Both the position numbers and the translations under genes were made by a program. A stretch of 63,268 nucleotides of DNA, the filler included, from Octopus bimaculoides (taxonomy: Eukaryota): NCBI RefSeq assembly GCF_001194135.2. It is 5 parts of 4 records of this genome, joined end to end, with 100 filler letters (N's around TTAATTAATTAA, not from the genome) between each part and the next. Parts side by side here need not be neighbours in the genome. Positions count along the whole stretch, not along the records: positions 1 to 17,798 come from NC_068992.1; 4 more parts are not named here. One strand, 5' to 3'. The first letter of the stretch is position 1. Each line of letters starts with the position of its first letter. The notes below the pieces were generated by a model. That model made no database searches, had not been told where the DNA came from, and saw only the letters and a program-made list of their open reading frames with translations. Below, in pieces: positions 1 through 14,404 of the stretch.

Positions 1-2
1 CA

Positions 3-52
<50 letters not shown>

Positions 53-378
53 TATGTACAAGAGTGTTGCATTCTTCAAACAAGCAATGTTGTGTGAAAA
101 ATCAAGATCTGATACGGTTGGGTGGTCATGTAATCAGACGCGAACTCATAACTTAAATAGCTGGAACGAATATTGCGATGCATTTTCTTCGTAGTTCTAA
201 CAATTCTGCCACTGAGTATCTGGGTATGGGTGGTTTGTGTGTATGTATGTATGTATGTATGTATGTATGTATGTCATGTGTGTACGTACATGTATGATGT
301 ATGTTATGTGTGTGTGTGTATGCATAGATAGANNNNNNNNNNACATGTATGATGTATGTTATGTGTGTGTGTGTATGC

Positions 379-467
<89 letters not shown>

Positions 468-512
468 TGACTGGCTGGATGGGTGGATGGGAGGATGGAT
501 GCATGGATATGC

Positions 513-562
<50 letters not shown>

Positions 563-710
563 ACGTATCTATGTATATATGCTTCACTTTCTCGTGGGGT
601 GTATGTATAAGATTGTATGTTATAATTATATCTATCAAAGCATGTTTTATATTCTTGTACGTAAGAATGTAAAAGGGTGTGTATGTAACTTATACAAATG
701 GATCTATGTA

Positions 711-773
<63 letters not shown>

Positions 774-1435
774 ACACACACACACATATGTATATATATA
801 TGCATGAATATATATGGATTATATGTGCGTTTGTGTGAATGTGGTTTCATGCGGATGTTATTCAGTATGTACAAGTGTATATAAGTATGTATGTATGTAT
901 ATATGAATAGATTTGTTCTATTTTCGTTCGTTATATGAATCTCAATGCTTCTATCTTGTTGAACATGTATGTAAATATAATTATGTGTGCATATATGCAT
1001 ATAAATTTTAGTAGTTTTGCTGTTTGAATTTGTGTAAAGATGAGTCGATTTTCTCCAGTATAAACGTACGCATACATATATATATACATATATGTGAATG
1101 AGTGCGCGTTTGTGCGCATGTGTATGCATCTATGTTTGCATGTATGCATATATGTACGTATATACGTTTATGTGTATGTGTGCGTGTGTGCGTGTGTGTG
1201 TATGCGTGTGTGTGCGCGTGTGTGCCAGTGCCTGTGAGCACACAGGGATTTTTCTATTTTGGCTGTTTGTATAGGTCTATGTAAATGCGTATGTAAATNN
1301 NNNNNNNNNNNNNNNNNNNNNNNNNNNNNNNNNNNNNNNNNNNNNNNNNNNNNNNNNNNNNNNNNNNNNNNNNNNNNNNNNNNNNNNNNNNNNNNNNNNN
1401 NNNNNNNNNNNNNNNNNNNNNNNNNNNNNNNNNNN

Positions 1436-1485
<50 letters not shown>

Positions 1486-1817
1486 CTGAGCGTATGTGTG
1501 GAGCGTATGTGTGTGTATGCTTAGCTGTGTGTTTATATGTGTGCTCGGTTGAGTGTAATGAAGCAGAGAAACAAATCTCCAAAGTCCGGAATTGGCGCTT
1601 GCTCACACACACACACAGAATCACGAAATCACGAAGAAACAGATAAACACACAGACATACGGGCACACACACACTCACACTAATACACACATACACACGC
1701 GTGCAAACAAACACCTGCATGCACACACAGCATATACGCAGACACACTCACACACACGCACATATACGTACACACATATACGTACACACATATACAATCA
1801 GTTGTATATATACATGC

Positions 1818-1848
<31 letters not shown>

Positions 1849-2145
1849 TAAATGAATTTTTACTTCTATTTGTGTATAAAGTTACATCTAGATATATATA
1901 TATATATATATATATATANNNNNNNNNNNNNNNNNNNNNNNNNNNNNNNNNNNNNNNNNNNNNNNNNNNNNNNNNNNNNNNNNNNNNNNNNNNNNNNNNN
2001 NNNNNNNNNNNNNNNNNNNNNNNNNNNNNNNTATGTGTGTGTGTGTGTACGTATGTATGTGTGTGAGTGTGCGTGTATACATAACTTTATATACGAATAT
2101 ACATATATGTATATTAGACATATATATAGAGAGTGAGTGAGTGCG

Positions 2146-2194
<49 letters not shown>

Positions 2195-2260
2195 TGTGTG
2201 TGTGTGCAAGTATGTATGCATGCATGCTTTCAAATATCTATATATATATATATCTACAAA
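1..2260. repeat. Compound microsatellite field: (CA)n, (TATG)n, (GATA)n, (GACA)n, (TAC)n, (TA)n
   Basis: Directly visible; accounts for all ORF calls in this interval. Confidence 0.97.
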
Positions 2261-2617
2261 CAAAATCCGCTTACACAGTTTTATACACATCGATTCGCAA
2301 ATACAATCCTGCGTAGTTTCGATACATAGTGTGGCTGATTCGATTGAATCTATGGTGAAGAATGTGTTCAATAGGGTTCAGAGATGCCACAAGCTTACTC
2401 AAGTGTCAGCTGAAGATAAAAGACGTTTTTACCAAAATAAACTCTGGTGATAAAAGGTCAAGCTGGGAAGATAGAAGTAAAATAATAATTAGATGAAACG
2501 CGGTCTTTAAGATTCCAGCAGCTATTATAAGAAAACATCCTGTTCCCCTCTCCACGATATAAAGCAGCCGTCAATAACAAACAAAATACTAATAATAATA
2601 ATAATAATAATAATAAC

Positions 2618-2644
<27 letters not shown>

Positions 2645-2651
<7 letters not shown>

Positions 2652-2860
2652 TCTATTATAGGCACAAGGCCTGAAGTTTAGGGGAACGGGATTAGTCAAT
2701 TACATCGACTCCAGAATTTCATTGGTACTTAATTTATCGACTCCGAAAGGATGAATGGTAAAGTCGACCTCGCCAGGATTTGAACACAGAACGCAGCGAC
2801 AGGCGAAATACCGCTAAACATTCCGTCCAGCCTGTTAACGACTCTGCCAGCTCGCCGCCT
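2645..2860 (-). mobile_element. tRNA-derived SINE family B (about 220 bp) with (TTA)n tail at 2586-2650
   Basis: GGCGGCGAGCTGGCAGAxTCGTTA head; GCC-x-TTCATCCTTTCGGxGTCGATAAATTAAGTACCA central domain. Confidence 0.8.
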
Positions 2861-3374
2861 TAATACATAATGAAAATCTTTGTTTCTAACACAGGTACAA
2901 TGCCTGAAATTTGGAAGAAAGGGTTTAGTCGATTAAATCGATCCCAGTACTTGATTGATACGTCCGAAAAAATGAGGGTGAGTTTTACTTCGGGGAGTTC
3001 AAACCCCATCAAGATGAAGGAATAAGAACCCAGCGCAATTATTGCAAAAGATTTTGTCCGGCGCTCGAATGATTCTGCTGACTGGTCGTCATTGATATCT
3101 ATAAATGAGATCTATAAATTTGTGAACAGCATTTCCACAGGTCCCACTAGTAATAATGATGATTTGGTAAAAACCACAAATTTCTGGTGGGAATTCATAA
3201 TTAGCATTTATTTTAATGTCCTATAGAAAGATGATAAGTGTAAATGACATTTTCACCCGGGTCAGAACATAAAGGAAGCAACTAAAAATGAATACTGAAT
3301 GTCACACTGTTTGGCTCTGCTTCGATTCCCACCATTTACCATACTTAGTTATGATAGAATCGAGATAGATAATT

Positions 3375-3587
3375 GTTTCTACTATAGGCACAAGGCCTGA
3401 AATTGTAGAGGAGAGGGCTAGTCGATTACATCGACCCCAGTACGTAACTGATACTTATTCTATCGACCAATGAAAGGATTAAGGACAAACTCGACCTCGA
3501 CAGAATTTGAACTCATAACATAAGGATGGACGAAATGCCGCTAAGTATTTTCGTCCGACGGGCTAACGATTCTGTCAGCTCGCCACC
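3375..3587 (-). mobile_element. SINE family B
   Basis: Same family; a more degenerate copy lies at 2880-3090 and a 5' part at 5123-5258. Confidence 0.8.
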
Positions 3588-3673
3588 TTAGAATCAAGAT
3601 AGATAATGATATAGAAATCAAATATTTGGAATAAGAACTTATATGTGTTGTTTTTATAATATATACAAATATA

Positions 3674-4078
3674 GGCGTAGGAGTGGCTGTGTGGTAGGTA
3701 GCTAGCTTACCAACCACATGGTCCCGGGTTCAGTCCCACTGCGTGGCATCTTGCGCAAGTGTCTTCTACTATAGCCTCGGGCTGACCAAAGCCTTGTGAG
3801 TAGATTTGGTAGACGGAAACTGAAAGAATCCCGTCGTATATATGTATATATATATGTATGTGTGTGTATATGTTTGTATGTGTGTGTTTGTCCCCCCAAC
3901 ATCGCTTGACAACCGATGTTGGTGTGTTTATGTCCCCTTAACCTAGCGGTTCAGCAATAGAGATCGATAGAATAAGTACTAGGTTTCTAAAGAATAAGTC
4001 CTGGGGTCCATTTGCTCGACTAAAGGCGGTGCTCCAGCATGGCCACAGTCAAAAGACTGAAACAAGTAAAAGAGTAAG
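3674..4078 (+). mobile_element. tRNA-derived SINE family A (about 400 bp, octopus OK/OR-type; exact name not assigned)
   Basis: GGCGTAGGAGTGGCTGTGTGG head, B-box-like GGTTCAGTCCC, internal (TA)/(TG) tract, AAAAGAGT tail; many near-identical copies in the window. Confidence 0.85.
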
Positions 4079-4279
4079 TATAGGAAGAAGTTACATATAT
4101 ATATATATAAATGAAAATGATCACTGTTAGAGGAAGGAACTACGGAAAAAGTAGTAATTGGTATAAACACACAATATATTCTAGTAATTAGCTAGTTTTG
4201 ATGCAATAAATTGGAAATTAAATTTAGAAACTCAGACAGGAAAACAAAGAAACTTAAGAAAGAATTTATAATGCTCTAT

Positions 4280-4660
4280 CATTAAATTTGCTGCAGACAG
4301 AATATATTTTCCACGTAACTAAGGAGAGCGCAAGAGAAGGAGAATACTCGAGCAAATTCATAGTTATTATAAAATAGCTGCAACAGAACCGCAAGAAAGC
4401 AGCTAATAGAAAATAAAGGTAAATTTGATAATTTAATTAAAGAACACAAGGAGAAAAATACTGTTGTATATAGACAGGAGTGATTTGAAATATATTGGGA
4501 AATCGAATAGAAATATAATGAAGATAAGTAAGCAGCTGGGAATAAGAAAAGCACGTGAATTCATGAGGCAAAGTAATTATTTATACACCATGAAACAAAG
4601 AGTCGAAAATATGACTAATTGTATTTATTTCAATTTGAATCATTTGAAAGGCTAAGATTA
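4280..4660 (+). mobile_element. Degenerate R4/Dong-like non-LTR fragment
   Basis: AADRIYFPRN*GE resembles ADVDRLYLPRSNGGRG at about 55715-55765. Confidence 0.45.
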
Positions 4661-5270
4661 TTGGTGAAGATTGAACTCAAATTGTGAACGGATGCAACTA
4701 AAGATTAAACGATGTTTTGTTCAGCAACGCATCACCCACCTTCGTGTCTGTGGTGGATATATAACGATGTAGCAGAAGTCGAGGATATCTATACTTTATA
4801 AATGTCTATATTTATTCTTGAATGAATACATTTATTAATCTTCATAACAATGTTTTTGTTGATCGTGTTTTCCACTTCGTTCTGTGATTATAGCTGCTGA
4901 AGGCGTAACACATTTTGTGACAAGCAGAATATAGATTCTGGGGCTAAAACAAGAACTAAAAAAATATGTAGGACATAGTAGCAGAGGGAGCTTATATCGG
5001 TTTCCGTACTTCAAAGAAGAGATACTTTATTTTATGATCCCGGATAAAATGTAATATTGACTTCGAAATGTTTTCAACTCAGGGCTTAAAAGAACATAAA
5101 TAAACACGACAAGGCAACTGGTATTTAATTTATCGACTCCCCAAAGGATAAAAGGCAAAGTCGATCCCACTGGTATTTGAACTCAGAACATAAAGACAGA
5201 CGAAATACTGCTAGACATTTCGTCCGGCGCGCTAACGATTCTACCAGCTTGCTGCCCTATTTAGAATACT

Positions 5271-5680
5271 TTCTTTTACTTGTTTTCAGTCATTTGACTG
5301 CGGCCATGCTGGAGCACCGCCTTTAGTCGAGCAAATCGACCCCACGATTTATTCTTTGTAAGCCTAGTACTTATTCAATCGGTCTCTTTTGCCGAACCGC
5401 TAGGTTACGAGGACATAAACACACCAGCATCGGTTGTCAAGCGATGTTGGGAGGACAAACACAGACACACAAACACAGACACACAAACACACACATATAT
5501 ATACATATACTTATATACGACGGGCTTCTTTCAGTTTCCGTCTTCCAAATCCACTCACAAGGCTTTGGTCGGCCCGAGGATATAGTAGAAGACATTTGCC
5601 CAAAGTGCCACGCAGTGGGACTGAACCCGGAAGCATGTGGTCAGTAAGCAAGCTACTTACCACACAGCCACTCCTGCGCC
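5271..5680 (-). mobile_element. SINE family A, full length
   Basis: Reverse complement of the 3674-4078 element. Confidence 0.85.
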
Positions 5681-6041
5681 TATAATGAAAGCACTATACA
5701 GTGCTATACATGGAAATTTCCCTTCCCCTCCTCCTCTCTCTTTACCTCTCTCGCTATCACTTGCCTCACCATCCTAATAAGATATAATGTGATATCTTAC
5801 GTACATCGCATCGTATTTAAAGGGCATTATTTTTAAGCATTTTATAATTCGAGTTTTGCACTGTCTAATTGAATTTTTATCAAAATATAGATGCGATGAT
5901 AATTCTATTTCTTGCTGGGTTAGTGTTTGCCAGAAATATTTTCCTTTCGACTAGGATTCATACCAGAAAGTTGTAATTTCCTTGGTCCGAGTCCAAAGTA
6001 CTTATGGAGCTGAAACGAAATGATTCCTTAGGATATATTAA

Positions 6042-6099
<58 letters not shown>

Positions 6100-6378
6100 G
6101 CGCGTGCAATATGCGTGTGTGTATATATATTTATATATACATATATAAATACATACATATACATATATACATGCATGCATACACATATATGCGCATTGTG
6201 AATATGTGCATGTAAATATACATGTATGTTGATGCATATATATACAAATATATACACATATATCTACGTATATTACGTATACATATGTGTGTGTGAGTGT
6301 GTGTGTGTGTATACACATTATATATATGTGTGTGTATACACACACACACAAGTGTGCGTGTGCGTGCGTGTGTGTGTG

Positions 6379-6433
<55 letters not shown>

Positions 6434-6799
6434 GTATGCATGCATGTATAGTACTATGTTTGTATATTTTATGTATCCATATATCTGTGTATATACGTAT
6501 ATATGTAGGTAAGCATCTACCACATTCTCTTCAGACTGTATTAAATCAATATTCAATTTACAGAAAGCAGTGGAGCAGCAGATACAGCAGATTGCCGAAC
6601 AAATCGCCTTGAGATACGAAGTTACGTCCCTTTATATTCTGAGTTCAAATAGGAGCGCTATTTGAATTCTGCTAACCCTCATAAGAAGCAAGAGGTAAAG
6701 ACAAGGTCAGATGTGCAATGGACGATGCGCTGTGGACTTTGGTACATGCTTACGTGTGTTACTGGGTGTGCATTTGTATAACTATGTATATCCCTATAC

Positions 6800-6838
<39 letters not shown>

Positions 6839-7324
6839 TTCGTTTCACTAGCGACGCAAATTTCCCACACATTTTCTCTCCTTAACAACAGAATTTGAAT
6901 CGTATACACGCATGCGCACATACATATGTGTGTATACAACATATACACAGATATATATATATATATATATATANNNNNNNNNNNNNNNNNNNNNNNNNNN
7001 NNNNNNNNNNNNNNNNNNNNNNNNNNNNNNNNNNNNNNNNNNNNNNNNNNNNNNNNNNNNNNNNNNNNNNNNNNNNNNNNNNNNNNNNNNNNNNNNNNNN
7101 NNNNNNNNNNNNNNNNNNNNNNNNNNNNNNNNNNNNNNNNNNNNNNNNNNNNNNNNNNNNNNNNNNNNNNNNNNNNNNNNNNNNNNNNNNNNNNNNNNNN
7201 NNNNNNNNNNNNNNNNNNNNNNNNNNNNNNTATCTTTGTTTATGGTAACGCTTTGAATATGGAGCTATTTGCGGAAATGCACATAGCGATACATTAAATG
7301 TTCATAAATTCCATCCTAGGATTA

Positions 7325-7391
<67 letters not shown>

Positions 7392-7760
7392 CCACGTTAA
7401 TGATGGAGCAGTTTAGCTAATGTATACATACTCTGGCTGTGCGTTCGTCGATTTCTAGACAGGATCTTCTTCGAGAGGTTTCCAAAGTCCACAAGCTATG
7501 TGTTCAAATCTTCTGTACGAATCGCCTGACTGTCGACAACAATGGCTCCATTCTTAAAGTGCGACAGTTTTAAGAAGAATATGTTATCACTAGAAATCTA
7601 GACCTCTTTTCGGGGTTTCTCAGTACGCCGGCCTTTGGTAAAAGATAACCAGTAGCGATTATATATTAGAATCGGCTGCAACTGCTTTGCGCTTCCGTCC
7701 TATCTCCTTTTCAGGATATTTCATTCAATACTTTACATGTATGGTATGTATGTATATTTT

Positions 7761-8154
7761 TTTTTACTTGTTTCAGTCCGTTGACAGTGGCCACGCTAGA
7801 GCACCGCCTTTAGTCGAATCAAATCGACCCCAGGACTTATTCTTTGTAAGCCTAGTACTTATTCTATTGGTCTCTTTTTGCCGAACCGCTAAGTTACGGG
7901 GACGTAAACACACCAGCATCGGTTGTCAAGCGATGTTGGGGGGGGGACAAACACAGACACACACATATATATATATATATATATACATATACACGACGGG
8001 CTTCTTTCAGTTTCCGTCTACCAAATCCACTCACAAAGCTTTGGTCGGCCCGAGGCTATAGTAGAAGACACTTGCCCAAGGTGCTACGCAGTGGGATTGA
8101 ACCAGGAACCATGTGGTTGGTAGGCAAGCTACTTACCACACAGCCACTCCTGCG
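7761..8154 (-). mobile_element. SINE family A, full length
   Basis: Same family, reverse orientation. Confidence 0.85.
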
Positions 8155-8249
8155 ATATATATTGAGAAAATCTCGAACGCAGAACAGCTGTGAAAATAGC
8201 TTTAGAAAATCGGGTAAAAACGTCTCTATAGACAGAAAGGGGTAGCTAG

Positions 8250-8327
8250 CAGCAGCTGTAGAGAATCAAACTCTGTACCTCTTAAATTCTGTCTGAGTGC
8301 TCAATACCATTGAGCTAAATGACCCCT
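8250..8327 (-). pseudogene. tRNA-like pseudogene or SINE head
   Basis: TAGCTCAATGG A box and AGAG-TTTGATT-CTCT T arm; anticodon arm is degenerate. Confidence 0.4.
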
Positions 8328-8700
8328 CACAACTGATACCGTATTTTGTAACGCTAAATAATAACTTTTTGAAATGCGAAGACATTTTTTATAGAAAACA
8401 AACATTGAAGTGTCGAGTGAGTAACATGTTTTTAAAATATAAGAAAATTTGAACGCAGGAGAATAGCTGTGAAAACAGCTTCAGAGAATCGGGTAAAAAT
8501 ACCCCTATAGATGGAAAAAAAATTGGTAGAAGGCGCCACAGGGAATTGACCTCTGCATATATATAAATTTATGTGCATATATATAAATTTATGTGCATAT
8601 ATTTATATGCAAGCAGGTATACATTTGAATATATTAAAAAATAGCATTGTATTACTAGCCGTTAAACTAAATATCTAATAAAATGTTTATACAGTTTGTG

Positions 8701-8730
8701 CAAGGTTTCGCTTTCAATGCTCATCAGGAG
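8701..8730 (-). ncRNA. Hammerhead core, degenerate
   Basis: CUGAUGA-GC auugaaa GC-GAAAC; stems I and III are not convincing. Confidence 0.35.
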
Positions 8731-9599
8731 AATAAGAGTAATTGTATTTTATGTATGCTATCTCTGTTTATAAATAGCAGCTGGATTTGCAAAAAGCATT
8801 TAGGATGAACCGAAACAAACAGTCGTTTTACCATAAATCGAATGAACAAAATGCCTGCTTAATCTAAAAGTATAGAAAGGGAAAGTATGCTTACAAAATT
8901 CTCTCGTACACGGAATTTTTACTGGTTAAAATTTAGAGTGTTCGAATTTCTGGATGGAATTGATAAATATTCTAATTTTCTGTCAATGTTGAAACCATTC
9001 GATATATAAATGTTTATGCTCGGTAAAGTATACGAACGGTAAACATTTTATCGACTATTGTTTAAGTGCATACCTTCTCACAAACGAGAGCAGGTATGCA
9101 CTCAAAACCTTATCATTGTTTTGCCTCTATTTCCCGCAAGTCGTGCACTTAAAAATGTTAATCACCAAAGGGACATGTTTTGTTTATATATTTGTCGATT
9201 AAGCGTATGTTTCTGATAAAATGGATCTTGTTTTCACTATACCCAGAGAATCTTGCGTTGATCCGATTGGTATCCATATATAGAGACACAGCAGGCTCTA
9301 AAATCATCGTTACTCAATCTTCCCTGAAGAACTATGGAAGCGCATCATTGCGCGCAATGTCGAAAGAGTTTACTAGATATCTTGATTAATATCTAATATT
9401 ATAGATCATGCTCTTTGAAATACATACCTGCAAGCATACATAATTAGCTCTATTGTTTACGAACGAAATGTTTTCAAGTCGTCCACAATATAGAGAACTT
9501 TGTATTAAACATATAAGTACCGACAGTTTCAAACACTGACTAGTTGTATGATGCACTAGACTTAGTGCAAGTATATGTGTGTATATGTGTGTGAATGTG

Positions 9600-9737
<138 letters not shown>

Positions 9738-9799
9738 TGCCTGTTTAATTATTTATTCGTATTTTGCGTGTTACATATATGCATGTACTTATGTACTTG

Positions 9800-9841
<42 letters not shown>

Positions 9842-10904
9842 CGCATACATATAGACATATATTTATTTAATCATATATACATATATACATTTATATTTTG
9901 CACAGGCAGCAGATGTATCTAAGGACATACATACATATATACATACGTGTGCGCGCGCGCTTGTGTGTGTGTGCACGCGCGCTTGTGTGTGTGTGTGCAC
10001 GCGCGATGGCTCCTCCGTTGGTTTCGACGATGAGCATTCAGATGTTCGATCGATTGAACCTCTGATTCATTACGTTAACGTGTAACTTGGCGGAGTATAA
10101 TAATAAAACTGAAATACGGTGTCTCTACGACGGGCTTCTTTCAGTTTCCGTCTACCAAATCCACTCACAAGGCTTTGGTCGGCCCGAGACTATAGAAGAA
10201 GACACTTGCTCTTTTATTAATGCTGAAGAGATATTTGTATCACGGTGTATATTGTTTGGGACCAAATTTCTGGTTTCTCTGTGATGTCGAAATATGGGGC
10301 ATATGATTGATCTGATATTGAACGTGCGTTGTGTTGCTTTCTTCAAAATGTTTCTACGTGTGGTTTAAATGTTGGAGAGACTACTGCTGCTGCTGCTGCT
10401 GCTGCCTCTACAGTTACTACTACTGCCACCTATATTAATTGTTTATAATACTTACCAGTCTGTTAACAAGATGGAAGAATTCCCACAAATTTCCATCTAC
10501 CAAATAAGTACCTTTCGTTTACAATTAATTATTTTGGCAGTAAAAACAAGATGGCAACGTGTACCTGAATATATTGTTGTTGTTTCTCTTGTAAATATTT
10601 TTCTTATTTTTCTTATTGTCGCTATAGTTGCTGCTGCTGTTGTTGTTGTTGTTGTCGTTTTTGTTGTTGTTGTTGCCGTTCTTATTGTTAATACTGCTTA
10701 TGTTCTTTTTCTTGTATTTGGTATCGTTTTTATTAGTTTTGTTGTTGTTTTTTTTTCTTTTTCTGGTGCCATTGCTCCTGGTGTTCTATTGTTGATGTGA
10801 CAGTTACTGTTGATGTTCTTTATCTTGTTATTGTTGTTGTTATTGTTGTCGATGATTTTGTCTTCTTGTTATTGTTGTCGCTGTTGTTGTTAACATTACC
10901 GTAA

Positions 10905-11110
10905 AACAATCGTTGGCAGAATCGTTAACACGCTGGACAAAATCCTCAGTGCCATTTCGTTTATCTTTAGGTTCTGATTTCAAATTCTGCAGAGGCCTAC
11001 TTTTCCTTTCATTCCGTTCGAGGTCGATAAAACAAGTACCAGCGGAATACTGGGGGACGATGTAATCGACTTACCTCCACTCCCGAAATTTCTAGCCATA
11101 TTCCAAAATT
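10905..11110 (+). mobile_element. SINE family B
   Basis: TTGGCAGAATCGTTAAC...GAGGTCGATAAAACAAGTACCAG. Confidence 0.75.
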
Positions 11111-11552
11111 TAAAACCAATAGAATTGCAAAACGGAGAGGTGTTAAGGTCGTTATAATGCCGGACGAAATGCATAGCCATTGTCCAATGGCTGAAGCAAG
11201 TAAAACATAATAGACAGAAAGAGAAAGAGAAAATGAGAGAGAGAGAGAGAGAGAGAGTGAGAGAGAGTGAGAGAGAGAGAGATGAGTGAGCCGAATGTAA
11301 TTTGCAAAACATTGCTGAAGAGCTGAGCAGGAAATCGTTAGTGATACACCCCTAGAGACACCTCTACAAAGATATACAAGGATCAATCGTCCAGCAAAAG
11401 CCTTCATCCAGCAGTTGTGTAGGGTGAAGGATGGAACTCTGTTCACCTCACGGTTGCTATACGATGCAAGATCATGAAAGTTGGTGTCATAGATTCCAAC
11501 GCGTCCAAACTAGTTCAACCAAGACATACCTACTCTTCATCTTATTTATACC

Positions 11553-11763
11553 CTCTTTTACTCTTTTACTTGTTTCAGTCATTTGACTGCGGCCATGCTA
11601 GAGCACCGCCTTTAGTCGATCAAATCAACCCCAGGACTTATTCTTTGGATGCCTAGTACTTATTCTATCGGTCTCTTTTGCCGAACCGCTAGGTTACGGG
11701 GACATAAACACACCAGCATCGGTTGTCAAGCGATGTTGGTGGTGGGCAAACAAAGACACACAA

Positions 11764-11794
<31 letters not shown>

Positions 11795-11965
11795 CATATA
11801 TACGACGGGCTTCTTTCAGTTTCCGTCTACCAAATCCACTCACAAGACTTTGTTCAACCCGAGGCTATAGTAGAAGACACTTGCCCAAGGTGCAACGCAG
11901 TGAGAATGAGCCCGGAACCATGTGGTTGGTAAGCAAGCTACTTACCACACAGCCACTCCTGCGCC
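11553..11965 (-). mobile_element. SINE family A, full length
   Basis: Same family, reverse orientation. Confidence 0.85.
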
Positions 11966-12603
11966 TATACCATTTATTTTTCCTTTTCAAAGAATATTCT
12001 TTTGGAAATACTTTGTTTTGAGAATTACGATATTTAAAAAAAATGTAAAAATGATATGATTAACAGCCAACTGACAGAAAGACGAATTATTCCATCAAAT
12101 TTTTTTTTTCTTTATTGTATCTCGATATCAACGCTAGTGGTTTATCTTGGTTTTCGTGGCGTTAAGCGAACGAGAAACACATCCTTGTCTGATAGAATGA
12201 CAGTCTTTTACTGATAACAAGAAATGAGTTTCATCTTCAACAATGATAAGTAAGCACACACACACACACATAGGTTTGAAGCTCACATAAATTCATACAT
12301 TCATGGGTATGTATACGTTTATATATACAAAGACTTTCCGTATTCCCGAGCGTCATACTAATACATCCTTTTGTTATTTACACCACCTGTCCTCGTCTGT
12401 TGTTGTTTTTTCGTACATTCTCCTACATATATATAGAGAGAGAGATATTCATTTAAAATGCAGAGATGCCTATAATAGGACATCTATGTCCTATTATAGG
12501 CATCTCTGCATTTTAAATGAATAATACATAGTCTATTGACTGTTTTTTTACTCTCGCTAGACCACTGGTGGTAAATAAAATTTCTTAAAATTTTTTGCTA
12601 CCC

Positions 12604-12641
<38 letters not shown>

Positions 12642-12652
12642 TAGATAGATAA

Positions 12653-12723
<71 letters not shown>

Positions 12724-12863
12724 CACAAATAAGTACATACATACATATATATTAGATATCTATATGTATATATACATATACACAAATAAGTACATAGATA
12801 CATACATAGCTGCTTAAATATAGACATTTATATGTATATATGTGTCTATTCAGATATATATGG

Positions 12864-12970
<107 letters not shown>

Positions 12971-13129
12971 CGATGTCACATACTTCATGTATGAGTGTTT
13001 TTAAATGCTTTTTGGCTGCAGCATTTCGTTCAGGGGAATCTCTCTTTAAAGTCGTAGTGTGTTTTAAGAAACCCCAATATTCTTCAAAACCAGGCGAAAT
13101 GAATCACCCCCGGGGTTGAACACGAATGA

Positions 13130-13170
13130 GAGGTATCGAGATTTCGCTGTCACTTCAGCTCATCAGTTCC
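13130..13170 (-). ncRNA. Hammerhead core
   Basis: CUGAUGA-GCUG aaguga CAGC-GAAAUCUCGAUA; stem I does not pair well. Confidence 0.5.
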
Positions 13171-13895
13171 GTATAATCGAATGACCCTCGAGATGAAATC
13201 AAATTACCAGCCCGAAGTATCGACAGATAGCGTAAAATCTATCTGCTGACTTACTACTGCGCTACGCAAGTAAAACAAAATATTAATTTTGAGTTAAAAG
13301 CATCTGTATAATGTAAATATTATCTATGTCACACGTTCTTAATGTATGTCTCATGTTAAACGCTTTTGGGCGTAGTATATTGAAAACATAGCATACTTCA
13401 AAGCAGTTGATGTATGCATTACGTTTAGATCATAGAGCTTCCAACGTTTACATTATAGAGTCGCTTCTAACTCAAATGTTAAATCTTCAGATTTATATGC
13501 TTACTACTTTACTTCCCTACTAAAAATATTCATTATAATTTACAGTAATACAGAACTACCAAAGCCCTCGTAATTAGTTTGTCCATAATCAAATATCGCT
13601 TTCATAGTGATTAACTATTTTAAAGGAGATCGATATGTTCGATTTATTAGAATTTAAAAACAAATCAAGCCACACAGACGCTCACATACACACAATCACA
13701 CTTATATATACACACCCGTATGTACATGTATGTGCGTAAGTATGTGTGTGTGTATGTATGAATGTATGTATTATTATTTTGGTTTAGTTCAGTTTGGTCT
13801 TATTCCTGATAGGATTTATGTGGGTAGTGGGTTACTACTTGCAACCTTAGGAATCTACAAGTTTTCAGCAGTCTTTCAAGTGCTTAGAACCCTCC

Positions 13896-13955
<60 letters not shown>

Positions 13956-13960
13956 CATCA

Positions 13961-14024
<64 letters not shown>

Positions 14025-14062
14025 CATTATTATTATTATCATTATTATCATTATTATTATTA

Positions 14063-14127
<65 letters not shown>

Positions 14128-14244
14128 GAGTGAGAGAGCAGTGCATGTCATCAAAGTGACACTGGGGTAATATATACGAAGCCCATTATACCCATCATGA
14201 CTACCCATCTGATAAGGGTACACCAGGCACATTATTATTATTAC

Positions 14245-14295
<51 letters not shown>

Positions 14296-14339
14296 CATTA
14301 TTATTATTATTATTATTATCATTATTATTATTATTATTA

Positions 14340-14394
<55 letters not shown>

Positions 14395-14404
14395 CATCAT
14401 CATC
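13896..14404. repeat. Two (TTA/TCA)n arrays flanking a 100-bp interspersed-repeat fragment
   Basis: Arrays at 13896-14127 and 14232-14404. Confidence 0.95.

Noticed and set aside
288-385. Direct repeat flanking a roughly 10-N gap (also at about 31280-31330)
   Set aside because: Typical unmerged contig overlap.
153-2450. Many ORFs rich in HT, CV, YI and poly-Y/S
   Set aside because: Translations of (CA)n, (TA)n, (TAC)n and N runs; no coding signal. The same applies to similar ORFs throughout the window.
2290-2480. Non-repetitive stretch containing LNPIEHIL on the - strand
   Set aside because: Only a faint Tc1-like echo; stops in all useful frames and no LLTP similarity.
7440-7700. Higher-complexity segment checked as a candidate N-terminal LLTP exon
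   Set aside because: No frame with splice sites and family motifs.
10369-10800. 143-aa hydrophobic ORF resembling a membrane protein
   Set aside because: Built from degenerate (CTG)n and (GTT)n repeats; no family motif or splice context.
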